33,497 nt of DNA from Elusimicrobia bacterium CG03_land_8_20_14_0_80_50_18 (GTDB lineage: Bacteria; CG03): assembly GCA_002780705.1 (NCBI GenBank), contig PEUP01000024.1:1640-35136 (forward strand). Reading direction: 5' to 3'. Positions 5,754-14,553 of this stretch are shown piece by piece. Below the pieces are notes generated by a model that worked only from the letters and a program-made list of their open reading frames with translations, was not told the DNA's origin and ran no database searches. The position numbers and the translations under genes are program-made. Each line of letters starts with the position of its first letter. The first letter of the stretch is position 1.

Positions 5754-8466
5754 TTTGAGCGCATCTTCCGCATAAACCGTCAGAATTGTCCGGAGTGATT
5801 CTCCAGCAGCGGCCGCATTTTGAGCCGTCCGCGCGGTATATTTTAACCGTCAAGCCGTTTTCCGCATGTTCGGCCAGTATTTCTTTTCCTTCCGACTCGC
5901 CGATCTGAGATATGAGGAATATTTCCTTGACTTCGTCTACGCTGAAAGCGCCGAGGGCCTTATCAAAATCACCGTTCCCCGTGGCGCCTGCTTCCAGGGC
6001 GTTTCCTATCCGGCCGCCGCCGCGGGCCTTTTCTATGGCCTTCAAAACGCTTTCCCTTATTTTGAGGAGCTCACGCCATTCCCCCTCTCTTTTTTCAGGT
6101 ATGACGAATTTTTCTTCCGGTATTTCCATAAGGAAAACGCTGTCCGGCAAAGAGCCGTCTATTTCCTCTTTCGCCGTCTGGAGCACTTCTTCCGAAGTGT
6201 GGGAGATGACGGGCGCGAAAAGCAGCGTCAGGTTTTTGAGCAATTCCCAGAGAGCGCTCTGCGAACTGCGTCTCTCGGGCCAGTCCTCGCCCAGCGTGTA
6301 GAGCCTGTCCTTGATTATGTCCAGATAGAAAGATGAGAGTTCAAGGTTGATAAAATCAAAGAGGCGGTGGAAAGCGCCCGCAAGGTTGTAGTTATCATAA
6401 TCTTCACGGGCTTCTTTTTTCACGGCTTCCATTCTGCTGAGTATGTAGAGGTCAATAGCGGTCATTTTGTCTTTCGGCGTCTGTATGTCAGGTGTCCAGC
6501 CGTGCAGGTTTCCCAGCATGAACCGGAAGGTGTTGCGTATTTTCCTGTAATAATCCGTGCAGGATTTCAGTATCTCGTCCGAAAGCCGCAGATCTCCGGC
6601 GTAATTCTGGGAAGCCGTCCAGATTCTGAGGATGTCAGCGCCGCTTTTGTCTATTATCTCCTGAGGCGTTATGACATTACCCTGTGATTTTGACATTTTG
6701 CGGCCTTCGCCGTCTGTCACAAAACCGTGCGTGACGATGTTTTTATACGGCGCGGAGCCTTTTGTCGCCGAGGAAAGTACAAGCGAGGACTGGAACCAGC
6801 CCCTGTGCTGGTCGCTGCCCTCAAGATAAAGATCGGCGGGCCAGTGGTGGCCGGCTCTTTCCTCAAGGATGTGATTGCTGACTCCGGAATCAAACCAGAC
6901 ATCTAATATGTCGTTTTCCAGCGAGAATTTTGTCCCGCCGCATTTGGCGCAGAGCATCTCAAGGGGCAGATTTTCTTTGAGCAGTATGTCGCTGCCTTCC
7001 GCGCGGACGAGCGCCGCCAGTTTTTTTATGACCTTGGCGTCAAGCAGGTGTTCGCCGCACTGGGCGCAGTAGAAAACGGGAATCGGCACGCCCCAGTAGC
7101 GCTGGCGTGATATGCACCAGTCAGGCCGGCCTTCCACCATCGCGGCTATTCTGTTCTCTCCCTCGGGGGGTGTCCATCTAACGCCTTTTATTTCTTCCAG
7201 GAGTTTTTCCCTGAGCTTATGTTTGTCAATTGATATGAACCATTGCGGCGTGGCTCTGAAAATCACCGGCTTCTTGCAGCGCCAGCAGTGCGGATAGGAG
7301 TGCGTTATCTCTTTGCTCTCCAGAAGAACGCCTTTCCCGCGCATGAGAGCTATTATTTTTTTGTTGGTGTCAAAGACAAACTGTCCGCGGAATTCGCCCG
7401 CTTCTTCTGTGAACAGCCCTCTCTCATCCACGGGCGAAATTACCGGCAGATTGTACTTAAGGCCGGCTCTGTAATCGTCCTCGCCGTGCCCGGGGGCTAT
7501 GTGCACTATTCCCGTGCCCTCGCCGCCCTCTACGAAATCGGCGATTATGCCGACGGAGGGTCTGTCAAGGAAGGGATGGCGGAATTTCATACCGGCATAT
7601 TTGACGCCTTCGGCCTGTGATATTATGCGCAGATCAGGGGAGTGTAATTGTTCGCGTATTTCTTCCTTTTTAGCATCCAGCGCCAGAATCCGTATTTTTT
7701 TGCCGTCCTTTTCCAACTCTATCACCGAATACAGGAAGTCCTTGTTAAAGGCAAGCGCGACATTAGCGGGGAGCGTCCATGGCGTTGTTGTCCAGACAGC
7801 CGCGTAGGTGTTTTCGAGCTCCTCACTCTTAAAAAGCGCTGTTATCGAGGGGCTGGGGATGTCGCGGTATTCCACCTCCGCTTCGGCCAGCGCCGTTTCG
7901 CAATCGCAGCACCAGTAAACGGGTTTGGCTCCGCGATAGACATAATCCCGCTCGACCAGACCGGCAAAAGTTTCAAGGATACCGGCCTCGTAAGTTTTAT
8001 TTATCGTCAGATAAGGTTTTCCCCAGTCGGCAAAGATGCCGAGCCTCATGAACTCTTTCATCTGTATTTTGACGAAATTTTTCGCGAATTCCGCGGCTTT
8101 CTTTCTGAATTCTGTCTGGGAAATATCGGATTTGCTTATGTTGAGCTCTTTGAAAAGCTGGTATTCTATCGGGAGCCCGTGACAATCCCAGCCCGGCACA
8201 AAGGGCGCGGCGAAACCGCTGATGTTCTTGTATTTCACGATTATGTCTTTCAGTATCTTGTTGAGGGCGTGCCCTATGTGTATGTGCCCGTTGGCATAGG
8301 GCGGGCCGTCGTGCAGCACAAAAACTTTTTTACCGGCGTTGTTAAGGAGTATCTGTTCGTAGATATCCGCCTTCTTCCATTTCTGCTGTATAAGAGGTTC
8401 TTTTTCCCGCAGATTGGCTTTCATCGAGAAAGCCGTTTTGGGAAGCAGCACTTTGTATTTGCCCAT
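5722..8466 (-). CDS. ileS: Isoleucine--tRNA ligase (type 1, C-terminal zinc-finger)
   Basis: 914 aa. HIGH-type motif PYANGHIHIGHALN and KMSKS motif (RKMSKSQGN) are present. The C-terminus has CGRCWR...CGRC. Confidence 0.96.
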   Translation of the reverse strand: MGKYKVLLPKTAFSMKANLREKEPLIQQKWKKADIYEQILLNNAGKKVFVLHDGPPYANGHIHIGHALNKILKDIIVKYKNISGFAAPFVPGWDCHGLPIEYQLFKELNISKSDISQTEFRKKAAEFAKNFVKIQMKEFMRLGIFADWGKPYLTINKTYEAGILETFAGLVERDYVYRGAKPVYWCCDCETALAEAEVEYRDIPSPSITALFKSEELENTYAAVWTTTPWTLPANVALAFNKDFLYSVIELEKDGKKIRILALDAKKEEIREQLHSPDLRIISQAEGVKYAGMKFRHPFLDRPSVGIIADFVEGGEGTGIVHIAPGHGEDDYRAGLKYNLPVISPVDERGLFTEEAGEFRGQFVFDTNKKIIALMRGKGVLLESKEITHSYPHCWRCKKPVIFRATPQWFISIDKHKLREKLLEEIKGVRWTPPEGENRIAAMVEGRPDWCISRQRYWGVPIPVFYCAQCGEHLLDAKVIKKLAALVRAEGSDILLKENLPLEMLCAKCGGTKFSLENDILDVWFDSGVSNHILEERAGHHWPADLYLEGSDQHRGWFQSSLVLSSATKGSAPYKNIVTHGFVTDGEGRKMSKSQGNVITPQEIIDKSGADILRIWTASQNYAGDLRLSDEILKSCTDYYRKIRNTFRFMLGNLHGWTPDIQTPKDKMTAIDLYILSRMEAVKKEAREDYDNYNLAGAFHRLFDFINLELSSFYLDIIKDRLYTLGEDWPERRSSQSALWELLKNLTLLFAPVISHTSEEVLQTAKEEIDGSLPDSVFLMEIPEEKFVIPEKREGEWRELLKIRESVLKAIEKARGGGRIGNALEAGATGNGDFDKALGAFSVDEVKEIFLISQIGESEGKEILAEHAENGLTVKIYRADGSKCGRCWRITPDNSDGLCGRCAQIEKENVEAAL

Positions 8467-8467
8467 T

Positions 8468-9451
8468 TCAGGAATAAAATTTCCTCATAGTTTTCAGTGA
8501 GGGTTTTTGTATCACGCCCTTCTCGGTGATGATGGCCGTTATGAGAGATGCCGGCGTCACATCAAAAGACGGGTTCAGCGCTCTTATGCCCGGCGCGCTT
8601 ATGGCTTTTCCGCCGATAAAAAGCATTTCCTTTTCATCGCGATATTCTATCGCTATGTCTTTTTCGCTTTTGGCGCTGAAATCAATCGTGGAATACGGCG
8701 CGGCGATATAAAACGGCACATTGTGATATTTTGCGGATATGGCGAGGTCATATGTTCCTATTTTGTTCGCGCTGTCGCCGTTTGAGGCGATACGGTCGGC
8801 GCCCACAATAACAGCGTCAACTCCGGAAGTCTTCATTATGTGCGCAGCCATGCCGTCGCTTATGAGCAGGCAGGGAATTTTCCATTGTTTGAGCTCCCAT
8901 GCGGTGAGCCGCGCGCCCTGAAGGCGCGGCCGCGTTTCTTTGATATAGACGGTGTCAATATTTTTTCTCGCGGCGAAGATTACGCCAAGCGCCGTGCCGA
9001 TCCCGTCGGTGGCAAGGGGCCCGGCGTTACAGTGCGTCATCACGCGGGAAGATTTCTTTATGAGTTTCGCTCCGTTTTCGGAGATGCGCGCGCAGAGTTT
9101 TTTGTTTTCTTTATCCAGTTCTTCCGCTTTTGCCAGCATGGCCTTGCAGCTTCTGTCTTTGACTTTCAGCATTTGATCCACTGCCCATTTTAGATTCACG
9201 GCGGTGGGCCTGGCGGCAATAAGCATTTTCGCGGATCGTTCCGGGTTTTTTCTTCCCAGCACCATTCCGTAGGCCGCGGCGATGCCTATGGCGGGAGCGC
9301 CGCGCACGATCATGTCCTTGATGGCTTTAGCGGCGCCGGATGCGCTTTTGATCCGGATGTAAGTTTTTTTTTCCGGTATTTTTCTCTGGTCCAGAAGGAC
9401 CAATTCGCCCTTTGCGAATCTGAGAGGATCCGGTGTGACGATTTTTGTCAT
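8468..9451 (-). CDS. mtnA: S-methyl-5-thioribose-1-phosphate isomerase / eIF-2B-like family
   Basis: 327 aa. LLDQRKIP and MIVRGAPAIGIAAAYG segments match the family, as does ARPTAVNL. The stop lies 1 nt from the ileS start. Confidence 0.8.
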   Translation of the reverse strand: MTKIVTPDPLRFAKGELVLLDQRKIPEKKTYIRIKSASGAAKAIKDMIVRGAPAIGIAAAYGMVLGRKNPERSAKMLIAARPTAVNLKWAVDQMLKVKDRSCKAMLAKAEELDKENKKLCARISENGAKLIKKSSRVMTHCNAGPLATDGIGTALGVIFAARKNIDTVYIKETRPRLQGARLTAWELKQWKIPCLLISDGMAAHIMKTSGVDAVIVGADRIASNGDSANKIGTYDLAISAKYHNVPFYIAAPYSTIDFSAKSEKDIAIEYRDEKEMLFIGGKAISAPGIRALNPSFDVTPASLITAIITEKGVIQKPSLKTMRKFYS

Positions 9452-9729
9452 CGAATAAGGAAGATACGGATTAGCAGGAAAAGCGCTAAGGCAATGCCTA
9501 TTGTGACTTTCTGAAGCAGCTCTTTGTCCTCTATGTTTATGGCGGATTTGGCAGAGGCGACTATGGTCATGGCTGTGTCGCGCACAATATCCCCGGCGGG
9601 TATCGCGGCTATGCTTTTTCCGGATTTGGCGAGATAATCTCTCAGAATTATATCCAGAATCAGAATAAGCGCGATTAAAACGAGCACGCTGTTAATCACA
9701 TGGCCGATTACATTTAATAAAGACTGCAT
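9448..9729 (-). CDS. Hypothetical small membrane protein (93 aa, hydrophobic N- and C-terminal segments)
   Basis: The ATG at 9729 is preceded by GGAGG with 7-nt spacing (reverse complement of 9737-9741). There is an ATGA overlap with mtnA. The ORF-track extension to 9783 would overlap proC and lacks an SD. I recognised no family motif, and the YggT motifs were not seen. Confidence 0.6.
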   Translation of the reverse strand: MQSLLNVIGHVINSVLVLIALILILDIILRDYLAKSGKSIAAIPAGDIVRDTAMTIVASAKSAINIEDKELLQKVTIGIALALFLLIRIFLIR

Positions 9730-9748
9730 AATAAACCTCCAGGTTTGT

Positions 9749-10585
9749 TCATTTTTTGTTTCCGAGCGCCCGGGCGCGCTCATAGGCCGCGCGGCAGGAG
9801 GCGGAAACAGTTTCCTTCAACTTGTTTTCCTCATAAACTTGTATTGCCGCTTCGGTGGTGCCGCCCGGGCTTGTCACCTTTTTACGAAGCTCGAGCGCGC
9901 TTTCTCCGGTTTCGCTCAGATACGCGAGCGTTCCCTCAACAGTTTTGAGCGATAATAACGCGGCATCATCCGCGCTGAAGCCGAGCCCGGCGGCCGCGTT
10001 TTCAAGAGCTTCCACAAAATACGCCGCATAAGCGGGCCCGGATCCTGATATGGCCGTAACACGGTTGAGAGCGTCTTCATTTTTTACGGTGATGACGGCG
10101 CCGCTTGCGGAAAATATTTTTTCCGCCTCTGCCATGAGTTCATTTTTGAGAGGGCTGTTATTCAGATTCTCATTCGCGAAAAGGCCGCTGACTGATTTTG
10201 AGACTTTTATGCACATATTGGGCATTACCCTGAGAACCGGAATTTTTCCCAGCCTGTCCGTGAAATACGAGCAGCTCACGCCGGCCATTATCGTTATAAG
10301 CATCTGAAAGTCCGTGTTCTTCAGAAGTGGGATTATGCTTTCCGCCTCCCGGGGTTTGATCGCGGCGATAACGGCGCCGACGCTGTTGTCCCCGCGCCCG
10401 GCTTCTTCAGGGCTCATTGCCCGCACGCCGTAGGCCAGGGCGATGTCAGCTCTTTTTTTTGAGTCAATCTCGGCGACAAGGATGTTTTCGGGTGAGTAAA
10501 GGCCGTTTTTCAGGCATGAGGAAAGTATGGCTTCGCCCATGGACCCGCAGCCGATAAACAGGATTTTTTTAGCATTGGTTTTCAT
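9749..10585 (-). CDS. proC: Pyrroline-5-carboxylate reductase
   Basis: The N-terminal Rossmann segment is KILFIGCGSMGEAIL. The C-terminal signature is VTSPGGTTEAAI. I prefer the ATG at 10585; the ORF-track TTG at 10603 adds 6 aa. Confidence 0.9.
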   Translation of the reverse strand: MKTNAKKILFIGCGSMGEAILSSCLKNGLYSPENILVAEIDSKKRADIALAYGVRAMSPEEAGRGDNSVGAVIAAIKPREAESIIPLLKNTDFQMLITIMAGVSCSYFTDRLGKIPVLRVMPNMCIKVSKSVSGLFANENLNNSPLKNELMAEAEKIFSASGAVITVKNEDALNRVTAISGSGPAYAAYFVEALENAAAGLGFSADDAALLSLKTVEGTLAYLSETGESALELRKKVTSPGGTTEAAIQVYEENKLKETVSASCRAAYERARALGNKK

Positions 10586-10615
10586 CAAGGGAAAGGTTAG
10601 CAAAAAACTGAAATC

Positions 10616-10644
10616 TTGACAAGAAAACGCTGTTAAAATACAAT
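10616..10644 (+). promoter_or_regulatory. Sigma70-like promoter
   Basis: TTGACA (10616-10621), 17-nt spacer, TACAAT (10639-10644). It lies in the divergent gap between proC and the 77-aa membrane protein gene. Confidence 0.55.
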
Positions 10645-10705
10645 ATGCGGAGATTTGATGTGATGAATATGGGGACGGTGCACTGTTCCCTTCTTAGGAG
10701 GCCAA

Positions 10706-10939
10706 ATGCTTAGTATTCTTGGTGGTTTGATTTCGGTTGTTATTTCTGTGTTGTGGATACTCCCCAACAATTTCGGTTATGTCGGCGACGATGTGCTGGT
10801 GGTCATTAAAGGCAGCGTGGCACTCGGTCTTATCTTCGGCGGTCTTATCGCGGTCGCGGCGGGCATCAGCGCCATAAAAGAAAGCGCAGCTGAAAAGAAA
10901 GAGCAGGCCGAGGCCAAAAAAGAAGAGCCTTCCGCGTAG
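10706..10939 (+). CDS. Hypothetical small membrane protein (two hydrophobic helices, K/E-rich tail)
   Basis: 77-aa ORF. AGGAGG lies 5 nt before the ATG. The gene sits between a consensus-like promoter and a terminator. I recognised no family. Confidence 0.6.
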   Translation: MLSILGGLISVVISVLWILPNNFGYVGDDVLVVIKGSVALGLIFGGLIAVAAGISAIKESAAEKKEQAEAKKEEPSA

Positions 10940-10977
10940 TTTTCGGCTAAAAGATTAACATAGCTGGCGTGCCTGTT

Positions 10978-10999
10978 AAGGCGGTGCGCGCCTTTTTTT
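10978..10999 (+). terminator. Rho-independent terminator candidate
   Basis: AAGGCG (10978-10983), loop GTGCG, CGCCTT (10989-10994), with the T run continuing to 10999. It lies 39 nt after the stop of the 77-aa ORF. Confidence 0.5.
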
Positions 11000-11085
11000 G
11001 ATAATCGTTCCGTACTCATACAATTAGAAAACAAAAAGAGAGGATAAAAGGCGCTTTTAACAGAGAGGAGCGCCTGCTGAACAAG

Positions 11086-11964
11086 TTGTTCCTTTCTCTC
11101 GGGCGCTCCGGATTGGCCGGTGATATCGGAGATGACGCCGCTGTTATCAGGCCCTCCGGCCGCATGGCTGTTTCGATTGACTCTTATTCGGACGGCGTGC
11201 ATTTTAACAGGCTGGTTCCGGATGATTCCATAGGATACCGGACGGTGACAGGCGCCGTTTCGGACATAAGCGCCATGGGAAGCGCGGCGGAGAGCGTTCT
11301 TATCTCAATGGGTCTTCCGCGGAAGGTGAGTGAGGAGAAATTCTTCGCCTTATACGGCGGCATCAAAAAGGCCTGTAAAAAATGGTCCCTAAAAGTGGAG
11401 GGGGGAGACCTCGTCGCCAGCAGGAATCTTTATATATCGGTTTGCGCCATGGGCCCGGCCGGACGGGCTCTCCGGCGATCCGGCGCGAAAAAAGGTGACA
11501 TTCTCTTTATCACATCTTATCCCGGCCTTTCCGCCGCGGGGCTGGAGCTTTTGAAAGCCGGTGGGAGCGTAAAGGATTTTCTGGTCAAAAAATTCTTATA
11601 TCCGGATATTTTTTCGGGAGACGGCAAAAAATTATTTCCTTTTGTCTCCTCGCTCATGGATTCCAGCGACGGGCTTCTGGATTCCTGCCGGAGCATGGCC
11701 TTTCAGAGCGGCGTGGCATTGAATATTGACAGCGCTCTCGTGCCGCTGAAAAAAGAGCTTGTGGCTTTCTGCGGCGGCAGAGAGAAAGCCCTGCGTATGG
11801 CGCTTGAGGGCGGCGAGGATTATTATCTTGTGGGCACGAGCCCGAGGGAAAAGTTTGCTAAAATAAAAGTGCCGGTTTTCACTCTGGGAACGGCGCTTGA
11901 GGGTGAGGGAGTTTTTCTTGATGGAAATAGAACGGATTATAAAGGATTCAGGCATTTCTCTTAA
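11086..11964 (+). CDS. thiL: Thiamine-monophosphate kinase
   Basis: DIGDDAAVI near the N-terminus, then SDISAMG and GGEDYYLVGT. The frame is open from 11005. The only canonical start is TTG at 11086, which gives an unusually short N-terminus, so the true start is uncertain. Confidence 0.85.
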   Translation: MFLSLGRSGLAGDIGDDAAVIRPSGRMAVSIDSYSDGVHFNRLVPDDSIGYRTVTGAVSDISAMGSAAESVLISMGLPRKVSEEKFFALYGGIKKACKKWSLKVEGGDLVASRNLYISVCAMGPAGRALRRSGAKKGDILFITSYPGLSAAGLELLKAGGSVKDFLVKKFLYPDIFSGDGKKLFPFVSSLMDSSDGLLDSCRSMAFQSGVALNIDSALVPLKKELVAFCGGREKALRMALEGGEDYYLVGTSPREKFAKIKVPVFTLGTALEGEGVFLDGNRTDYKGFRHFS

Positions 11965-12403
11965 TGAGATAGCCGTGTTTGAGAGCGCCTCTCCCGAAGA
12001 AACAAGGGCAATGGCTTCAGGTTTCGCCGAGCGTCTGCAGCTTGGCGATATTGTCCTGCTCACCGGCGAACTGGGCACCGGCAAGACCGAATTCGCAAGA
12101 GGGATTGTTTCCCGTTTCGGTTCCGAGTCCGATGTCAGCAGTCCGAGTTACAAGCTCATCAACAGATACAAGGGCGCCCCGCCGGTCTATCACATGGATT
12201 TTTACAGAATCAAACAAAGCGGCGAGATTTTTGACATTGGCGTTGAGGAAATCTTTGCTGAAAAAGCTGTTTTTATAGTGGAATGGCCTGAAATCGGCAT
12301 TGAATTCTTCAGGGATTTTTATCTTGTCAGAATAAACGCGTCTTCCGGCGACGACAGAGAGATCAGGATATTTGAGAGCGTTCCCGGGGGAAGTGACGAA
12401 TGA
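11921..12403 (+). CDS. tsaE: tRNA t6A37 biosynthesis ATPase TsaE (YjeE)
   Basis: Walker A segment LLTGELGTGKTEFARGI, then SPSY and HMDFYR segments. The ATG at 11921 lies 9 nt after GAGGGAG. The ORF-track TTG at 11897 is the alternative start. Confidence 0.88.
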   Translation: MEIERIIKDSGISLNEIAVFESASPEETRAMASGFAERLQLGDIVLLTGELGTGKTEFARGIVSRFGSESDVSSPSYKLINRYKGAPPVYHMDFYRIKQSGEIFDIGVEEIFAEKAVFIVEWPEIGIEFFRDFYLVRINASSGDDREIRIFESVPGGSDE

Positions 12404-14532
12404 GCGAATTATATGTCAGCACCTCCATGGGCGAATATGCCCTGGCCGCCGTGATGGGAAGCCGGAGAAGTTTTCACCACACGGCTTTAGGCATGCGCGA
12501 TCTGGACGGATTTTTTGAGTGTTTTGAAAAAGTGAAAGAGGATTTCCCGGTGCAGACATTGAGGAAAATATTCGTTGATATCGGACCGGGCTCCTTTACC
12601 GGCGTCAGGGTCGGAGTCACTTTCGCGCGTGTGCTGGCTCAGCAGCTCAGGATTCCGCTGGCGGCCATGAGGTCGCTTGATATCATTTCGGCCGGCTCTG
12701 CGGCCCGGGATAAAAGGGTGTGCGCCATGCTGGATACGGGTAACGGCTTTGTCTACGGCGCGGTTTATCCCCCCGGAGCCGCAGACGGCAAACCGGATAT
12801 TTACGCCGTGGAAATGGAAGAATGGCTTGATTACGCGCTCTCAACCGGCGGCAAAATTTGTTTATGCGGCAGGCTGTCGCCGCGTGATGAGGCGATACTG
12901 AAAAAGAAGAACTTGAAATTTTTAAAACTCAAAGCGCCGGACATACTGGAAAATATGATTCTGCTGTCCGCTTCGGCGGATAATCATGCGTCAGCGTCAA
13001 ACATCGCCGCGTCGCCGCCGCCCTCGGAAATAGTGCCGCTCTATATAAGCCGGAAAGAGGCGCTCGCGAAATGGCAGGAAAAATTGGAGGATGAAATGGT
13101 CAAAATATCCCAGCTTGTGGCAAAAAAAGAAGGGGTCAGGGACGATATCAAAAACCTTGAAAAGTTAAGAAGGGAGAAGGAAGCTGAGATAGAAGACATC
13201 GCGCAGTTGTCGGAAAAAGCTCTGGCTATACGCAGAGAATTGGCGTCGTCCATGGATGAGCTATCCATACTCAACGCGAAGAGAACGGCATATAACGAAT
13301 CCATCGCGGCGAAAGAGAAAAAAATAGAAGAATACGATAAAAAATTGGATGACCTGAAAAACAGCCTGCGGGATTGTGAAAGGGAACTGTCGTCACGGCA
13401 GGCGAAATATGAGAAGATTAAAAAACTTCCTCCCGAGATACCGAGGGAGGTGGAGCTCTATATTCAGCAGCGTGACGAGCTCAAGCAGGAAGTGGAGAAT
13501 CTGCAGAAAGAGAAAAATAATTACAGCCGCCAGATAGAAAAACTGGCCACTTCCCGCTTTGAAGAGGTGTTTGAGAGGATAAAGAAAGAAGAAGAGATGC
13601 TGGAAGAGCTTTCCGGCAAGCGCCGAAGCAAAGAGGAAGAAATCAGAGCCCTGGAAGAAGAAATAAAAGAAATGAGGCGGAAACATATTGCCGCGGAAGA
13701 GCAGAGGGATAAAGAAGCGGCCGAAGCATCGGTGCGTCCTGCCGCTCCGGAGGAGCCGGCTGAGATTGTGTCTGAAAGCGAAATTCCGTCCGAATCCATT
13801 CCGGAGACAGAATCAGAGCCCGAGCCGGAGCCGGCTCCCGAAGACGGCGCGCCCGAGGGCCTTGTATCAGCAGCTGAAATCCAGCCGCTTGCCCCGGAGG
13901 AAGCGCCAAAGGGGAATGAAGAGATTGAAGCGGAGACTGAGGACAAGGAAGAAGAATCTGCCCCTGCCGCGGGTGAAAGCGCCGCTAATGAAGCGTCAGG
14001 AGAGGATGAGTTCAGGGAGGTGCATAAGAAGCTGCCGGCGGAGCCTCTGAAAAAAATGAATGTTGAGAACCTTGAATATATGGTCAGGCCCTTCGGCATA
14101 AAAGACCTGCCCGAAGTCATGTCTATAGAGGAAGCTTCTTTTGAAAGGCCATGGCGCCGTCAGATGTTCAAGGAGGAGCTGTCCATACCCGTCTCAAAAC
14201 TTTATACGATTTCCGGCCGCTGGGAGCGCCGTGACAAGATGGCCCTTATGGCATACGCGGTGTTCTGGATAGTGTCGGAGAAAGCGCACATAATAAATTT
14301 TGCCGTAGCGCCGGGCCAGCGGCGTAAAGGCATAGGAAGTTGTCTGCTTTACGAAATCTTAAAAAAAGCGGCGCTTCAGGGATGCAAGTCGGCCTATCTG
14401 GAAGTGCGCGTCTCGTCGCAGGCCGCGCACGGGATGCTTGAGAAAGCCGGTTTTGTCAAAACGGCAGAACGGAAGGATTATTTCGGTTATCCGAAAGAGG
14501 ACGCTTTTATTTACGAGCGAAAACTGCAATAA
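12400..14532 (+). CDS. Fusion protein: TsaB (YeaZ)-like domain, coiled-coil, acidic Pro/Glu-rich linker, RimI-type GNAT acetyltransferase
   Basis: Residues up to about 220 carry DIGPGSFTGVRVGVTFARVLA and end with PLYISRKEA. Residues from about 230 to 445 are heptad-like and K/E-rich. Residues from about 446 to 545 are PE-rich low complexity. The last 150 or so residues carry FAVAPGQRRKGIGSCLLYEILKKA (GNAT). There is no stop codon in between. The start makes an ATGA overlap with tsaE. Confidence 0.85.
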   Translation: MSELYVSTSMGEYALAAVMGSRRSFHHTALGMRDLDGFFECFEKVKEDFPVQTLRKIFVDIGPGSFTGVRVGVTFARVLAQQLRIPLAAMRSLDIISAGSAARDKRVCAMLDTGNGFVYGAVYPPGAADGKPDIYAVEMEEWLDYALSTGGKICLCGRLSPRDEAILKKKNLKFLKLKAPDILENMILLSASADNHASASNIAASPPPSEIVPLYISRKEALAKWQEKLEDEMVKISQLVAKKEGVRDDIKNLEKLRREKEAEIEDIAQLSEKALAIRRELASSMDELSILNAKRTAYNESIAAKEKKIEEYDKKLDDLKNSLRDCERELSSRQAKYEKIKKLPPEIPREVELYIQQRDELKQEVENLQKEKNNYSRQIEKLATSRFEEVFERIKKEEEMLEELSGKRRSKEEEIRALEEEIKEMRRKHIAAEEQRDKEAAEASVRPAAPEEPAEIVSESEIPSESIPETESEPEPEPAPEDGAPEGLVSAAEIQPLAPEEAPKGNEEIEAETEDKEEESAPAAGESAANEASGEDEFREVHKKLPAEPLKKMNVENLEYMVRPFGIKDLPEVMSIEEASFERPWRRQMFKEELSIPVSKLYTISGRWERRDKMALMAYAVFWIVSEKAHIINFAVAPGQRRKGIGSCLLYEILKKAALQGCKSAYLEVRVSSQAAHGMLEKAGFVKTAERKDYFGYPKEDAFIYERKLQ

Positions 14533-14553
14533 TTGAGAAATTTGGAGGTTAAA

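Noticed and set aside
8460-8475. T-box or other leader regulation of ileS and gltX.
   Set aside because: Both genes start within 0-4 nt of the preceding gene (mtnA/ileS with a 1-nt gap, hisG/gltX with an ATGA overlap). This leaves no room for a leader.
9730-9783. The N-terminal extension of the 9448-9783 ORF (MSAPGRSETKNEQTWRFI...).
   Set aside because: It would overlap the proC 3' end by 35 nt and has no SD. The internal ATG at 9729 has a GGAGG at ideal spacing.
10940-11085. A TPP riboswitch upstream of thiL.
   Set aside because: There is no CUGAGA box or other conserved THI-element segment. The region instead holds a terminator for the upstream small gene and a short hairpin.
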